From contig JAAOMT010000128.1 in the NCBI GenBank assembly GCA_016748015.1, positions 627,538 to 691,537 on the forward strand: 64,000 nt of DNA, read 5' to 3'. Shown here in pieces: positions 62,040 through 64,000 of the stretch. Source of the stretch: Geosiphon pyriformis uo1 (lineage: Eukaryota; Fungi; Glomeromycota). How positions within the stretch are numbered: the first letter of the stretch is position 1; every line of letters starts with the position of its first letter. A program made the translations under genes and the position numbers. The notes below the pieces were generated by a model. It ran no database searches and was not told where the DNA came from. It worked only from the letters and a program-made list of their open reading frames with translations.

Positions 62040-63500
62040 TACTGATCTCCATAAATGCACACTCAAAAATAAAAATAAAAATTTAACATTATATATTTAA
62101 AATGCTTGATTGAATATATTTCTTATTGAAAAATTTTTATCATATATTTATTTAAAATTAAATATTGTTCTTGTTATTGCTTATATTGTATATATGCTAT
62201 TGATTTTTGTATGTATGTTAATTAATTTCTGTATCTAATTATAATTTAATAATGTTATATACTGTTTTTGTTGTTTTAAAGTTTTAATAATATTATATTT
62301 ATTATAACTATGTATAAATAAAAAATTTATAAACTCTTTTTTTCTTCTATTTTTATGATTACAACTAATGCAAAAAATTGCAAATCTTATTTTTCTTATA
62401 ATAACTAATAAAGTTTTAACAAAAAAAATATTTTTTATTATAGAAACAATTAAGCAAAACATCTTAAAGACATTTTTTTAAAATATTAATAATGTAAAGC
62501 TGGTTTTAACAGTTTCTAAAGTATTTTTTTTTAAAACATATTAAAATTAAAATTGATTTTGTTTTTATTTATTTTAAAAGTTTTAAAGTTTTTAATAATA
62601 GACTAATTAACAAGTTTGTTTTTTTTGTTTTTATTATTATTATTATTATTATTACTTTATAAATGGCCAAAAAAAAATAGTAATTACTAATATTTATTAT
62701 TATTATACTAAATTTTTTGTAATTTTAAATAAGATTTTTATTGTAGTATTTAACTTTTTTTAATATAAATAATAATAATAATAACATATCTCTTAAAATA
62801 ATATTACTTATAAAATAATATAAAAAACAATTAGTAATTAAATATAATATAAATTAGTTAATTATATTTTTAAAAATTATTAAATAATATAATAACAGAA
62901 ATTTTAAAATACCAAAAAAATTTCAAAAATTCTAAAAATTTTAAAAATACTAACAAAAATACCAAAAATTTCAGAAATGTTAAGAATTTCAATAATAACT
63001 TAAGAAAAATATAAAAATTATTAAGAATTTCAAAATTTTGTATTATAAAAATTTATATATATATAATAATATTATTAAAAACAAAAAAATAACAATTTTT
63101 TAATTAAATTTTATTAAATAACTTTAGTAATTAAGAATCTAATATTTAAAATAATTTTTTTTTAATAAAATTACAAACTAATTATTTATTATTAAAATTT
63201 ATTTTATTAAATTTACTTATTATTAATTAATATTAATAGTATTTATTTACAAAATTTAATAATATTAAAACAATAATTATTAATGAAATATTATTTTTAT
63301 ATTTTATTCTTTTTATTATTCTTTTTTTTGTTTTATTGTTTTATTAATTAATTAAAAAAAAAGTATTAAAATTACAATATTAAGAATTTTTTGGTAAAAA
63401 ACACAAAAAATAAGTATAAAATTAACTTAATAATATTTAGATTATTTACCAAAAGAATAAAATTAAAAATTATTAATTATTATCAATAAATCTCTATCTA
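62040..63500. other. Extremely AT-rich spacer right of the gene island
   Basis: Almost no G/C and no CpG; low-complexity (TAT)n and AAAATT(C/T)-type repeats. Confidence 0.8.
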
Positions 63501-63509
63501 TTATATAAA

Positions 63510-63895
63510 TTTTTGTTTCACTTTTAGAAATGATATCTGGTCAGTCTGTGCTAGGCATTATGCTTTTATGGAAAGAAATGGACTGATCCCACTAAATAGT
63601 TTAACTTCTATTTTAGTTTGTGAATTTTCTTTAGAGTTTTTTGCTGATGTCATCAAGTTATTTGGGATTGCTGAGACTTTTGGTATTTGTTTTGGTTTTC
63701 ATAAATCTTGCTTATTTTTTTTAAGTGTTGTTGACTTGGTTTTAGTTTACATAGTTGCTTAGTGTTGTCTTGATTAATCTGAATAGTTGATTACATGTAA
63801 TAAGAACATAATTTATACTTAATTTAGATTACTTGTATAATATATAATACTAAGTAGCATTTGGATTTTACTTATAAAGTATAATAATAAAAAAA
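63510..63895 (+). mobile_element. Old 5'-truncated LINE 3' end, same family as 48267-49310
   Basis: FRNDIW...MERNGLIP...FGFHKSCLFF...VYIVA matches ORF 48401-48793; homologous 3' UTR and A-rich tail; possible TSD TTATATAAA at 63501-63509 and 63896-63904. Confidence 0.82.
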
Positions 63896-64000
63896 TTATA
63901 TAAAAAACTTAATTAACTTAAAACTTTTAAATACCAAAACTTTCAGATTATATTATTTATTAACAGTATTAATTTATAAATTAATATACTATATAATTAT

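Noticed and set aside
62235-62462. 75-aa ORF in the AT-rich spacer
   Set aside because: I/K/F/N composition is dictated by base content; no motif or splice support.

Overview
Eukaryotic fungal DNA with short GT/GC-AG introns, most likely from an early-diverging Glomeromycotina fungus. The transposon proteins resemble Geosiphon-type families, which is my recollection and not a search result. Positions 1-49.3 kb are a decayed transposon graveyard with almost no CpG. It holds five copies plus one LTR piece of one Ty3/Gypsy family ('B', about 7.6 kb, gag/-1 frameshift/pol plus an extra ORF3), and parts of three other LTR families (A; C, non-autonomous with a dUTPase relic; D). It also holds an APE-RT LINE, an ORF1-only poly(A)-tailed retroelement, and a pogo/Tigger DNA transposon carrying a second transposase-like fragment. 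These are nested up to eight levels deep and nearly all ORFs are broken by C>T/G>A transitions. Positions 50.2-62.0 kb are a compact CpG-rich island of eight intact genes: a YABBY/HMG-like small protein, RPN9, uL23m, dynein LC8, V-ATPase c', SPF27, RFC4 and a PGC1-like GDPD. The island is flanked by extremely AT-rich spacers and 5'-truncated LINE ends. No tRNA, rRNA or CRISPR was seen. The best leads are the conserved extra ORF3 of family B, the all-context cytosine hypermutation that spares TCGA, the gag-pol frameshift cassette, an RNA hairpin shared by two LTR families, and the ORF1-only retroelement.
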